Below, in pieces: positions 1-12,300 of a stretch of 41,638 bases of DNA; within the stretch, counting starts at the first letter, position 1, and each line of letters begins with the position of its first letter. The position numbers and the translations under genes are program-made. This DNA is from an uncultured Verrucomicrobiota bacterium (GTDB taxonomy: Bacteria > Verrucomicrobiota > Verrucomicrobiia > Limisphaerales > SXQI01). The notes under the pieces were generated by a model, which did not search any database, was not told where the DNA came from, and saw nothing but the letters and a program-made list of their open reading frames with translations. The DNA lies in the NCBI GenBank assembly GCA_964611245.1, contig CAZSXX010000002.1:1822-43459 (forward strand). Direction: 5' to 3'.

Positions 1-24
1 GTTCAACTCCCGCCGCCTCCACCA
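1..24 (+). ncRNA. ssrA: 3'-terminal fragment of a tmRNA (ssrA) gene; tRNA-Ala cannot be excluded. The gene body lies upstream of the window
   Basis: The window opens with GTTCAACTCCCGCCGCCTCCACCA. This reads as T-loop TTCAACT, 3' T-stem CCCGC, 7-nt acceptor 3' strand CGCCTCC (U at the position that would form G3:U70), discriminator A and an encoded CCA. From memory it differs at 2 of 24 positions from the E. coli ssrA 3' end (GUUCAACUCCCGCCAGCUCCACCA). Only 24 nt are visible, so tmRNA and tRNA-Ala cannot be separated. Confidence 0.5.
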
Positions 25-29
25 CTTTC

Positions 30-48
30 CGGTCCCTCGCGGGGACCG
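30..48 (+). terminator. GC hairpin immediately after the tmRNA/tRNA 3' end; possible processing or termination structure with no U-tract
   Basis: cGGTCCC-tcgcg-GGGACCg forms a 7-bp stem (30-36 / 42-48) with a 5-nt loop, starting 6 nt after the CCA. No T-run follows, so it is not a canonical intrinsic terminator. Confidence 0.25.
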
Positions 49-146
49 ACGCACTCCAGAGGCATCCTCCTTTCGCGCAACAAAGCATTTTGGGTTGTTC
101 GCCGTTTGACTGGGCGGGTGAGCCGCGCGGTTGAAGGTAAAAATAA

Positions 147-179
147 GCGATACTTATCGCACGGATCGCCATGTGCGAT
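147..179 (+). promoter_or_regulatory. Cluster of four GCGAT/ATCGC pentamers (two overlapping palindromes) in the leader/promoter region of the giant gene
   Basis: The pattern is GCGAT(147-151)-N4-ATCGC(156-160)-N4-ATCGC(165-169)-N5-GCGAT(175-179). It gives two mutually exclusive inverted repeats, GCGATA/TATCGC (147-152/155-160) and ATCGCAC/GTGCGAT (156-162/173-179). The function is unknown. Confidence 0.2.
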
Positions 180-389
180 GCTTTCGTTGGTTCCAGGGTT
201 TCCGCGGTCGGCGCCGGTGGTCGATCCGCCGCATCGGCATTGCTTTAGCCCGCGGCGGTTGCGGCGGCCCGGGGGGGTTGTCGAATTTTTACACGAACTT
301 TCCGACGTTTGATCTTGCTTTGTTCCATTCGATTTGTTAATTATGGCCCCCAATCCCAATCCTGAATCCGAGCGGAACCACGCATTCCC

Positions 390-3300
390 ATGCAATATTC
401 CCTGCGCCTCTCTCTGAGCCTTGTCGTGGCCGCGCTGTGGCCGGTTCCACACGCCTGGGCCGCCACGTTCACCGTCACAACCACGGCCAACTCCGGGGCC
501 GGGTCGCTGCACCAGGCGATCCTCGACGCCAACGCGTCGCCGGGCGCGGACGTGATTGAGTTCAACATCGGCGCGGCGGGCAAGACGATCACGCCGCCCT
601 TCACCGCCCCGTTGCCGACGATCACGGAGGCGCTCACCATTGACGGCGCGACGCAGCCTGGCTTCGCCGGAGTGCCGCTCATCGAACTGAGCGGCTCCAG
701 TGGCCCGTCCGGTTCCGACGGCCTCAAACTCGCCGCCAGCGACTGCGTGATCCGTGGCCTTGTGGTCAACCGATGGAAGGGCGATGGCATTGAGATCGAG
801 GGCGGCGCCCGGAATGTCGTTGAAGGGTGCTACTTGGGCGTTTCGCTGAACGGCGCGGCCGACCAAGGCAACTCGCTCAATGGGGTGTTCATCAATGGTT
901 CCAGCGGCAACCGCATCGGGGGCCCGCAGGCGGCGCAGCGCAATGTGATTTCGGGCAACGAGGACCATGGCGTGTTCGTGCAGGGCGCCGCCAGCGCCGG
1001 GAATTTGATCCAAGGCAACATCATCGGACTCAACGCCTCCGGCTTGGGCGTGCTCCGCAACACCGACCACGGCATTTTGGTGGACGGAGCGGTGGACACG
1101 GCCATTGGTGGAGCGGGAGGGGGCATCGGAAACGTGATCAGCGGCAACGGGCAGCGCGGCATTTCCGTGGCTGGCGCGGGCACACTTATCCAAGGGAATG
1201 TGATCGGCCTGGACATCAATGCCGCGGCGGATCTGGGCAATGCCCAGGATGGGATCCACGTCGCCGGTGTGCCGGGCACAGTGATCGGTGGGAGGGCCGC
1301 GGGGGCCAGCAACATCATTTCCGGGAACAATGGCGACGGCGTCGAGGTGAATGGGGCGGGCGCCATGGGCACGGTGATCGAGGGCAACTTCATCGGCGTT
1401 CGTGGCGCGGGCGACGCCGCCGTGGCCAATTCGATCCACGGCGTCGTCATCAACGGGGCCGTGGACACGCGTGTCGGCGGCGCCTTGGAAGGGGCCCGCA
1501 ATGTCATTTCCGGCAATTCGCAGCACGGCATCGCGCTCGCGGGCGCGACGGCCGCAGGCGCCGTCATCCAGGGGAACTTCATTGGCTTGGACCTCACCGG
1601 TTCGATTGACGTCGGCAACGGGCAGGACGGCGTCAACATCAGCGCCGTCGCCGGCTCCTTGATTGGCGGCCCCTCCGTTTTGGCGCGCAACCTCATCTCC
1701 GGGAACAATGGCGATGGCATCGAACTGACCGGCGCGGCGACGCAAAACACGGTCATTGAGGGCAATGACATTGGGCTCGACCGGACGGGCTTGGCCGGTG
1801 TGGCCAACGGCGGCGCGGGGGTGCTCATCGCGGGAGCGGCGGCGAGGAACCGGGTGGGCGGTGTTGGGGCGGGACAAGCCAACCGCGTCGCGTTCAACAC
1901 TGGGGACGGCGTGGCCATCAGCGGCGGACCGGAGAACACGGTGCGCGGCAATTCGATCCATTCGAACGGCGGGCTTGGCATTGACCTTGGCGGCAATGGG
2001 GTGCAGCCCAACGACGCCACCGACACCGACACGGGGGCCAACCTGCTGCAGAACTTTCCCGTGCTCACCGAGGCCGTCCTGCGCGCGGCCGCGACCGAGG
2101 TGACTGGGACGCTCCAATCGACGGCCAACAGCGCCTTCACGCTTGATTTCTACGGCAATGACTTGGGCGACCCATCGGGCAACGGTGAAGGCCAGACGTG
2201 GATTGGCAGCGGTGAGGTGACGACCGACGCGGCCGGGTTGGGGAGTTTCACGGCCAGCCTCGCCGCCACCACGCAGCGGTTCATCAGCGCCACCGCCACC
2301 GATCCGGCGGGCAACACCTCCGAGTTCTCCGCCACGCGGCGGGCCGTGACCACGGCGACGCCAGCGGACTTTCTCGTGACCACGACGGCCGACAGTGGGG
2401 CCGGCTCGTTGCGGCAGGCGATCCTGGACGCCAATGCCGCGCTCAACGAGGGCGACCGCATTGTGTTCAACATTCCGGGCGATGGCGCGCACACCATCGC
2501 GCCCGTCACCGCGCTGCCCGCTTTGGCGGCCCCGGTCACAATCGACGGCCACACACAGCCCGGCGCGGCGGCCAACACGCTGGCGGAGGGCTTCAACGCC
2601 ACGCTCAAGGTGACCCTTGACGGCAACGCGGCCCCAAGCGGCACGGATGGACTGCGCGTCGAGGCTCCGCGCGTGACGGTCCGCGGCTTGGCGCTGACGC
2701 GGTGGAAAAGCGAGGGCATCGAGATTATGTCCACCGCCAGCGCGGCCGTCCTCGAGGGAAACGTGATCGGCCTCGGCCTTGATGGTTCGGACCAGGGCCA
2801 AAACAGCCACGGAGTGCTGGTGGGGGGCGCGGCCGGAATCCGCATTGGTGGCCCCGCTCCATCGCAGCGCAACGTCATCTCCGGCAACAACAACCATGGC
2901 ATTTTCATTAACGGCGCCGCGGCGCGGAACAATGTCATCCAGGGCAACTTCCTCGGGACGGACCTCACCGGGGCCGCCCGCGTCGGGAACACCGGCGACG
3001 GCGTCCATGTCACTTTTGGAAGCGCCAATCGGATTGGCGGCGGGGGCGTGGGCGAGGGGAACGTGATCGGCGGCAACAATGGCGAGGGCGTCGAGTTGGA
3101 GAACGCCAACGCCAACGTGGTGGCGGGCAACCGCGTGGGTGTCGCGTTCAACGGGGCGGAAATCCGCAACAGCGGCCACGGCCTCCAATTGAACAACGCC
3201 AGCGACACTCTCATTGGTGGCGGCTTGGCCGGGGAGGGCAACGTCATTGCCCGCAACACGGGCCGGGGAATCACGCTGCTGAACACCGCCAGCCAGCGGA

Positions 3301-6300
3301 ACTACATCCGGGGCAATTCCATCTTCGCCAACGGAAACCTTGGCGTCGACCTATTCAACAACGGCCGCACGCTCAACGACGCGGGTGACGCGGACGCCGG
3401 CCCGAACGGCCTCCAGAATTTCCCGGAGCTGGCCGCGGCCGTGGGGGCGGCGGCTTCCACGCGGGTGACCGGCGCGCTGAACGCGTCCGCCAACACCGCC
3501 TTCACACTGGAGTTCTTCGCCAACCGCGAGGCCGACTCCACGGGATTCGGCGAGGGCGAACAGTTCCTGGGGAGCGCGGACGTGGCCACCGGAGCCGACG
3601 GCAACGCCGCATTCGACGTGACGGTGCCAACGCGCGTGCTCGGCCGTTTCATCACAGCCACGGCCACCGGCCCAGAGGGCACGTCCGAGTTTTCCGCCGC
3701 GCTCCGCGCCACGGCCACGATCCCGCCGCTGGCCTTCACGGTCACCACGACGGCCGACAGCGGCCCCGGTTCGCTGCGGCAGGCCTTGCTTGACGCCGAC
3801 CAGGTGGTGACCGGCCCGCCGCACCGGATCGCCTTCGCGATTCCCGGCGACGGTCCGCACACGATCTCCCCCGCCACCCTGTTGCCCGCGCTGGTGAACG
3901 AGCCGGTTGAGATTGACGGCTTCACCCAACCGGGGGCGGCGCCCAACACCCTGGTCGATGGCTTCAACGCCGTCCACCGGATCGTCCTGGACGGCGCGGC
4001 CCTGCCGTTCGCCGGCACCGGCCTGCGGTTCGACACCGCGGGGAATGTCGCGCGGGGCCTCGCAATCGTGAAGTTCCAGACCGAAGGCCTCCTGATCACC
4101 GGGAATGACAACGTGGTCGAGGGATGCCTCATCGGCCTGTTGCCCAATGGCACGGCGCGCTCCAACACGCGCGGCGTGCGCCTCCAAGGCGCCGCCACCC
4201 GCAACCGCCTTGGCGGCGCCACGGCGGCGGCGCGGAACATCATTGCAGGCAACACGGCCTTCAACGTCGAGATCCTCAGCGCGACGGGCGCCAACACGCT
4301 GCTGGGCAACTTCATTGGGGTGCTGCCGTCCGGCATTGCGGCCCCACCCATCGGCGCCGATTTCTCCGGCACCACTTCCGGCGTGCTGGTCCAGGGTTCG
4401 CCCGACAATGTGATTGGCGGTGCGGAGCCGGGGGCGGGCAACGTCATCGGCGGCCACTTTGGCTCGGGCGTCGAGGTTCGCGACCCGGGGGCGGCCCGCA
4501 ACCGCGTCCTTGGCAACCGGATCGGCACGGACACCACGGGCCGCCTGCCGGTGCCCAACCAACTTGGCGTCTGGGTGGTCAACGGACCCGGAACAGTCAT
4601 TGGCGGCCCGGGCCCCGGGGAAGGGAACCGCGTCGCCTTCAACCTGCAGCATGGGGTGGCCATCAACGGATTCTCGCACGAGAACGACAACCCGGTCCGG
4701 GGCAATTCGATCAGCGAAAACGGGGCGCTTGGCCTCAATCTGGGTTCCGACACCGTGCTGGAGAATGACGCCGGGGACACCGACGCCACGGCCAACCGCG
4801 GGCAGAATTTTCCCGTCCTCACCGGCGCCAGCGCCGCCGCGGGCAGCACGGCGATCCAAGGCACGCTGCACAGCGCTTCAGAGCGGACCTTCACGCTCGA
4901 CTTCTTCGCCAACGTGGCCTGCGACTCCTCCGGCAACGGCGAGGGTGACCAGTACCTAGGCAGCACAACCGTCGCGACTGGAACCGACGGGAACGCGGCC
5001 TTCAACGTCACATTTCCAATCACCGTGGTGGGCCGCTTCATCACCGCCACCGCCACCGACCCGGACGGCAACACCTCCGAATTTTGCGACTGCTTCGAGG
5101 CGACGACCGCGTTCGGCAGCGAGACGTTCGTCGTGACAAACACCGACGACGACGGGCCCGGCTCCCTCCGCGAGGCGCTTCGCCGCAACAACGCCAGCGT
5201 GGCCGGCTCCGCCAACCGCATCGAGTTTGCCATCTCCGGCGTCGGCCCGCATGTCATCACGCCCGCCGTGGCGCTTCCGGCGGTCACCCACGCGGTGGCC
5301 ATTGACGGCTACTCGCAACCCGGGTCGCGGGCCAACACGCTGGCCAACGGCGGCGACGCGGCGCTGAATATCCACTTGGAGGCGGGGGCAAATTTCGGCG
5401 GGCCCGGCCTGGAGCTCAACTCCACCGGCAGCGTTGTGCGTGGCCTGGCCATCACAAAGTGGTTCATCGCGGTCGAGGTGAACGGCGGGCAGAACACCAT
5501 CCAGGGCTGCTTCATCGGCCTGAAACCCGACGGGGGCGCTGGGGGCGCATTGAACGGCATCGGTCTTCACCTTGCTTCCGGGAACGGCCATCGCGTCGGC
5601 GGCGCCGCGCCTGGGGACCGCAACATAATCTCCGGAAACAACGCCGGCCTGCTGGTCAACGGCAATGGCTCCGTGATTGAGGGCAATTGGTTTGGCCTCG
5701 ATCCCACCGGCCTGCTGCCGCGCGGCAACAGCCAACCGATTGACATCAGCGGGGACAACCACCGCTTTGGCGGCGCCGAGGCCGGTGCGCGCAACATTGT
5801 CGCCGCGTCCGGCGGCGACGGATTGAGGCTCCCCAACGCCAACCAATGCGTCGTCGCCCACAATTACATCGGCGTGGATGTCACCGGGTTGGTGGCGGTT
5901 GGCAACGCGGGCGTGGGCATCCAAGTGCCCGGCGGCTCCTCCGGCATCCAAATCCTCGGCAACGTCATTGGCGGGAACGCCGGGGCAGGGGTCCAGTCCT
6001 TCAGGGATTCCGTGATACTCGGCAATCTCATCGGGGTCGGCGCGGACTCCACCACACCGTTGCCCAACGCGATGGGCGTGGTCCTGACTGGCTTCGACAA
6101 TCGAGTGGGGGGCCCCGGCGCGGGCGAGGGCAACATCATCGCCCACAACGTTGGCGACGGCGTCGCGGTCCTTGACGGGGAGGCGTCCGGGAATTCCATC
6201 CGCGGGAACATGATCTTCGCCAACGGCAACCTCGGCGTTAACCTCGGCTTCGATGGCGCCACGCCCAACGACGTGGGGGATGGCGACAGCGGCCCGAACG

Positions 6301-9300
6301 GCCTGCAAAACTTCCCCGAACTGGCCAGCGCGACCGTCCACAACTCCGCCGTGGAGGTGGCGGGTTCTCTCAACAGCGCGCCCAACGCCGCCTTCACGCT
6401 CGACTTCTACGCCAGCCACAGTCCCGACATCTCGGGCTTTGGCGAGGGCCGCCAATACCTGGGCAGCGCCACGGCCAACACCGGCGCGGACGGACGGGCC
6501 GAGTTCAACGCCACCCTCGCCATCGCCCCGGTGGGCCGCTGGATCACCGCCACCGCCACGGACTCGCAGGACAACACCTCCGAATTCTCGGCGGCCCTCC
6601 GCGCCGCCAGCACGCGCCCGCCGGAAACGATCGTGGTGGTGACCACAGCCGAAGATGGCCCCGGCTCGCTGGCCGACGCGCTTCGGTTGGCGGGGACGAA
6701 GTTCAGCGCCGGGCCGACCCGCATCCGCTTCAATATCCCTGGGGCGGGCATCCGCACGATCTTCCTCACCAAAGCGCTGCCGGTGGTGGACGAACCGGTG
6801 GACATTGACGGCTTCTCCCAGCCCGACGCCGCGGAGAACACGCAGGTGGACCGCATCGTGGCCGCATGGTTGGTCGAGCTGGATGGATCCGGAGCCCTGC
6901 CGGGGACCGACGGCCTGCGCTTCACCCGGCGCGGCAACGTGGTGCGCGGCCTGAGCATCCGGAACTTCCCCGGCGCCGGCATCCACCTCGATGGCGGCGG
7001 CGACAACACGGTCACCGGCTGCGTGATCGTCGGCTGCCGCGGCGATGGCATCCGGGGCGCACAGTCGTCGGGCAACCTTGTTGGGGGAGTGGCGCCGAGG
7101 GCCTGGAACCTGATCGCGCGCAATCCCAGCGCGGGCGTCTCCTTCACCGGGCCCGGCAGCGTCGGCAACCGCATCCAGGGCAACTTCATCGGCGTCGCCG
7201 CCGACCGGTCCACCCCAGCGGGCAATTTTCTGGGCGTCGCGCTCGCGGGCGCGGTCGGCAATGAGGTCGGCGCAATCGACCCCGGCGCCGGGAACACAAT
7301 TGCCTTCAACGAAACCAGCGGCGTGGTGGTTTCCGGGGCCGGCGCGGGCAACGCCATCCGCGGGAACCGCTTTTTCGGCAACGGCGCGCTGGCCATCGAC
7401 CTGGGCGGCTTCGGCGTCAGCCCGAACGACGCCGGCGACGCGGACGCCGGGCCGAACGGTTTGCAAAACTTCCCCGTGCTCACAGGGGCCGCCGCCGTCG
7501 TGTCCGGGGCGAGGGTGCGGGGCGCGCTCAACAGCCTGCCGAATCGGACCTACCACATTGATTTCCACCACACCGCCACGTGCGACGGGGCCGGCCATGG
7601 CGAAGGCGCGGCGCCCCTGGGCTTCCTGGATCTGGCCACCGACAGCTCTGGCGCCGCCGTGTTTGACGTGGTTCTCCCCGCCGGAGTGGGCCGCGGCGTC
7701 ATCACCGCCACGGCGACGGATCCCGACGGCAACACGTCCGAGTTCAGCCAGTGCCGGGAAATCAGTTCGGAGATTCCGGGGCGCACGTTCTTGGTCACCA
7801 CCACGGCGGACAGCGGCCCCGGATCGTTGCGCCAGGCGATCCTCGACGCCAACGCCGCCTTCACCATGGATTTGAACACGGTCGCGTTCGGCCTGCCCGG
7901 CCCGGGCGTGCAGTTGATCCAACCGCTCTCGCCCCTGCCCGCGATCACGCAGAGGGTGAAGGTGGACGGCTTCACCCAGCCGGGCGCGGCTCCCGACCCC
8001 TCGGGCCTGACCCTGAACCACGTCCTCCTCGTGCGTATTGACGGCGCCTTGGCGGGCGTGGACGCAAACGGCTTCATTGTGAGCGGCCCGGATGTGCGTA
8101 TCCGTGGCCTGATCATCACCCGCTTCGCCAAGGCCGGCGTCCTCCTGCAGAACGCCGACAGGGCCGTGGTGGAGGGCAACTGGATCGGCACCGATGGAAG
8201 CAACGGCGCCGCGCCCAACTCGATGGGCGGGGCCCTCAAGGGCCGCGCCGCCACCGCCGCTGGGTTTGGGGATCCGTCGTTGCTTGAGTTCGGCAACGGG
8301 ACTGGCCTGCAAATCAACGGCGGATTGGACCTCCGAATCGGCACGGCTGGGGGGAACGACAATTTCGGGATCGTCATTTCGGGCAACGGGACAGGCGTCG
8401 AGATCGGCGGCGGCGGCCAGGCCCTGTTCGGCGGTTCAATCATCGGCCTCGACCCCGCCGGGCAGCGTTTCCTGGGCAACAATGGCAACGGAGTGACGGT
8501 GCGGGACGCGTCCGCCGGGTTCGACAACTGCACGGTGTCCGGCAACACCGGTGTCGGCCTTTTCGCGACCAGCGCCGATCCGTTTTCGGCCCACAACGAT
8601 CTCACGGTTCAGGACAGCTCCATTGGCCTGAACCGCACGAAAACGGAGGCGAGGGGAAACGGCGGCGGAGGCCTTTGGTCTGATCAATTCGGCCAGTCCA
8701 GCACCGTCTTGATCAGGGATTCCACCATCAGCGGCAACCAACGGAACGGCGCCAAGGTCAGCGGACCCACCGGGGCTTTCGACCTGTTCGACAGCTCGTT
8801 TGGGAGCAGTGGGGACCGCCAGATGGCGATCCCCAACTCCGGCCCTGGGCTCCTGGTGGATGGGGCGCGCAACCTCGATGTGGCCGACAATCTCTTCATC
8901 GGTGATCCGGGGATCCACAGCCTTCAAGGGGGAGAGGGACGAGTGCTGCACAACACGTTCCGCGATGCCTCCGGCTTTGATGTCGGCGCGGCCGGGCCCG
9001 GCGGTGAGCCCGTCGGCCTTCCCGTGGTGCTCTTCGCCGAAATTGTCAATGGCCAGGTCCAGTTCACCGGGTTCTCCGAGTTGCCGGTCGAGATTGTGCT
9101 CTTCGTGGCGTCGATCCAAGCCGCCGGCGGGCCGACGATCGCCCCGCACGGCCGTTCAGGGGAGCCGAATTTTTTCACGCCCGACCAAAACGGCAATGTG
9201 GCGGGCCAAGTTCCGGCGCCGCCGGGAGTCCCGGTGGTGGGCATCGCGTTCGAGTCGCCGTTCGGCGAAAACTCGGAAATCCATCCCATCGGTGAAATTC

Positions 9301-12300
9301 CCGTGCGCTTTGATTTCGGTGACGCGCCGGACAGCTACGGCACGACGTTGGCCGCCGACGGAGCGCGGCATCGAGTGAACGATGGCCCCGCCATTTCATT
9401 CGGCAAGCGTCCCGATTCTGAGGCCGACGGAAGCCCGGGCGACACGGCGACGGGCGACGACAACGCCGGCGCAGACGAGGGCGGCGTCCAGTTCTTGATG
9501 CCGCTTGTGATCGGGTCGGAGTCCAGAATTCGCCTCTATGTGATCTCTTACCTCAACCTAGACATCAACGAAGTCCAAGACGGGTTTGTCAACGGCTGGA
9601 TTGACTTCAACAAGAACGGACAATTTGACGATCCGGATGAGCGGGTGATTGACGAACTGCGGGTCCAAGGCCTGTCGGAGGTTACGGTCGCAATCCCGAC
9701 CGACGCGGTCCCCGGCTCCACCTACGCCCGGTTCCGCATCCGCGCGACCGAGCCTCCGGGGAGCGCGCCCGAGCCTCCGCGGCCGCGCGGGGAGTCGCCC
9801 ACCGGCGAGGTGGAGGACTACGCCATCGAACTCATCCGCCATTTCGACTTCGGCGACGCGCCCGACAGTTATGGCACCACGCTCGCAGCCAACGGAGCGC
9901 GCCATTTGCGGCCAACGGACTCCAGACAGACAATTGCCTTGGGTGGCAAGGCGGACACGGAAGCCGATGGCACACCCAGCACCGACGCGCTCGGAGACGG
10001 GGCGGATGAGGATGGAGTGACATTCGCCGAACCGCTGACGCGCGGTACCGTCGCGAGCGTCGTAGTGAACGCGCTCTCGCTGTTAAGTGCGGAATCCATC
10101 AGCGCCTGGATTGACTTCAATCGCGACGGCCGCTTCAACGATCCGGAGGAAAGGGTGCTCACCGACGTTCCGGGGGCCGCCAGCCAAGTTTACCGCATTC
10201 CCATTCCCGCCAACGCGGTTCTGGGTGGCACCTTCGCCCGTTTCCGCATCAGCGCCCAGACTGGTCTCGGCCCCCTCGGCGAAGCCCCCGACGGCGAAGT
10301 GGAGGATTATGCGGTCGAGATCACGGCGGGCGGCGCTCCCGCGGACTTTAACGTTGGCTTCGTTGAACTGCCTCAGGCGCCCGTGCCGGCCAACGTGCCG
10401 TTCGACTTCACGGTCGAAATCCGCAACGCCGGACCCAACAGCGGGGAGGGCATCTTGATCCTGCGCCTGCCACCCAATATGGGAATTATGTCCCAACCTG
10501 ATGCCTGCGAGCCGCTGCCGCCGGATGGCCAGTGGCAGGTGAACGCGTACTTGGAGCTTCTCGGACGGAGTCCGACCGAGGCGGAATATTCGACGGGCCT
10601 GCAGGAGATCGTGGACACCGGAGGTCGCGCGGCGACCGCCGGGCGGTTGCTTGACTCCACGGAGTATCGCGCGGCGCAGGTCCAGAAGCTTTTCTTTGCC
10701 CTGTTGGGCCGGGCGGCGACCGGACCGGAGGAGGCGGCTGGCAGGGAAGTCCTGGCCCAGGGCACGGGGTTGGTCGGCGTCGCCCGGAACCTGCTGCGGG
10801 ACGTGGTCTTCCCGGATGGCGGGCAGGCGTCCGTCCGCTTGGCGGTCGAGCATGCCCGGGCGCTCCGGGACCGGATTGCGCCGTTGGATGTGTTCTCCCA
10901 ATTGGACGACTTTTTTGACATCAACGCCTACCTCGAAGGCGCGTTGACTTCGGACTTGGCCAGGATATGGGCGCCAAGGCCGTCGATTGAAGAGTTGATC
11001 GGCCTGCAAGGCGGGCATTCTGTGCTCGCCTGCGACCTCCCGGAAGTTGCCAGCGGGGGCGCCGTGACGCTTCCCTTCCGAGTCAACCCGTTGTTTGGGG
11101 GCGTGCATGCGCTGCTGGCGGAGTTCCGGCTTTCACTTCCGATCGACCCCTTGCCGGAGAACAACATTTTCGAGGCGCTTGTCCGGGTCCTCGGCCCGAA
11201 GGACTATGGAGACGCGCCGGACGCGCCGTCCCTCCTGTTTTTTTCCATTCCGGGCGGCTACCCAACGTTGAGCGCCGCCAATGGCGCCCGGCACGAACGG
11301 GATCCCCGCTTGGGCCTCGGTCCGTTGACCGATCTCGAATTGGACGGTTTTCCGAGTCCGACCGCCAACGCGCATCAAGACGATGACGGGATCGTCGTGC
11401 TCGGTCCCCAGGTGCCGTCATTCTTCGGGCCTGTCGTTTCCCTGGGACTCGCGGGCGAGTTGGGCAAGGTCATGGTGGAAGCCCGCGTCCCGGCCGACAA
11501 GCGGGCCAAACTGAATGTTTGGGTGGACTTCAACCGCGATGGAGATTGGGATGACCCCTCGGAACGCCCGGTCGCCAATCAGCCGATCAAGGCCGGCGCC
11601 ACCCTCTTCGAATTTCCGTTGCCGGGAGATTTGTCGCCTGGCTTCACCATTTCCAGGTTCCGCCTTTCCACCGCCGATCTTGCGGCCCCGACTGGGGGGG
11701 CGGACGACGGGGAGGTGGAAGACCACAGGGTGCTGCTGGGCGGGGTGGACCGCGGGGATGCGCCCGCCTTGTTCGGATCGGCTCCCCACGTGCGGCCGCT
11801 GGATTCCGACGCATTCCTCGGAGCCGGTGTGGATTCGGACCCCGTTCAGCCCTCCGCCGACGCACGCGCGGATGACACAGACGCCGACGGGGACGACGAA
11901 GATGGGGTCACCGGAATCGGGCCGTTCTTCGCCGGAGTGGTCAGCTCCCTGGTGGTCGCGGCCAGCGAACCTGGCTTTGTGGATCTTTGGCTCGACTACA
12001 ACGGCGCGAACGGTTTTGAGCTGGCCCCGGCCGCGCCGGACCCCACCGAATATGTCAACGCGGGCATCCTGGGCCTGCCCGCTGGCTCGCCGCCCGCCCC
12101 GTTCCCGGTCGTAAAAGGGCCAAACTTGATCCGATTCCTCGTGCCTGACCGATTGATGGCCCAATTGTCATTCCTGCGGGTGCGCTACACGACCAAGGCC
12201 ATCCCCGGTCTCGGCCCAATGAACCTCGCGCCCGACGGCGAGGTGGAGGATTACCGCGTCCAGCTTTATCCGCTTGCGCCCGACTTCGGCGACGCGCCCG

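Noticed and set aside
3-8312. Very long antisense ORFs across the giant gene (3..3188, 1061 aa; 3302..5302, 666 aa; 4956..8312, 1118 aa; plus many 100-500-aa ORFs on both strands)
   Set aside because: Their translations are low-complexity and R/A/G/P/H-rich, with no recognisable motifs, signal peptides or start context. They tile the opposite strand or alternate frames of a gene with very strong domain signatures. Stop-codon depletion in GC-rich repetitive coding DNA explains them.
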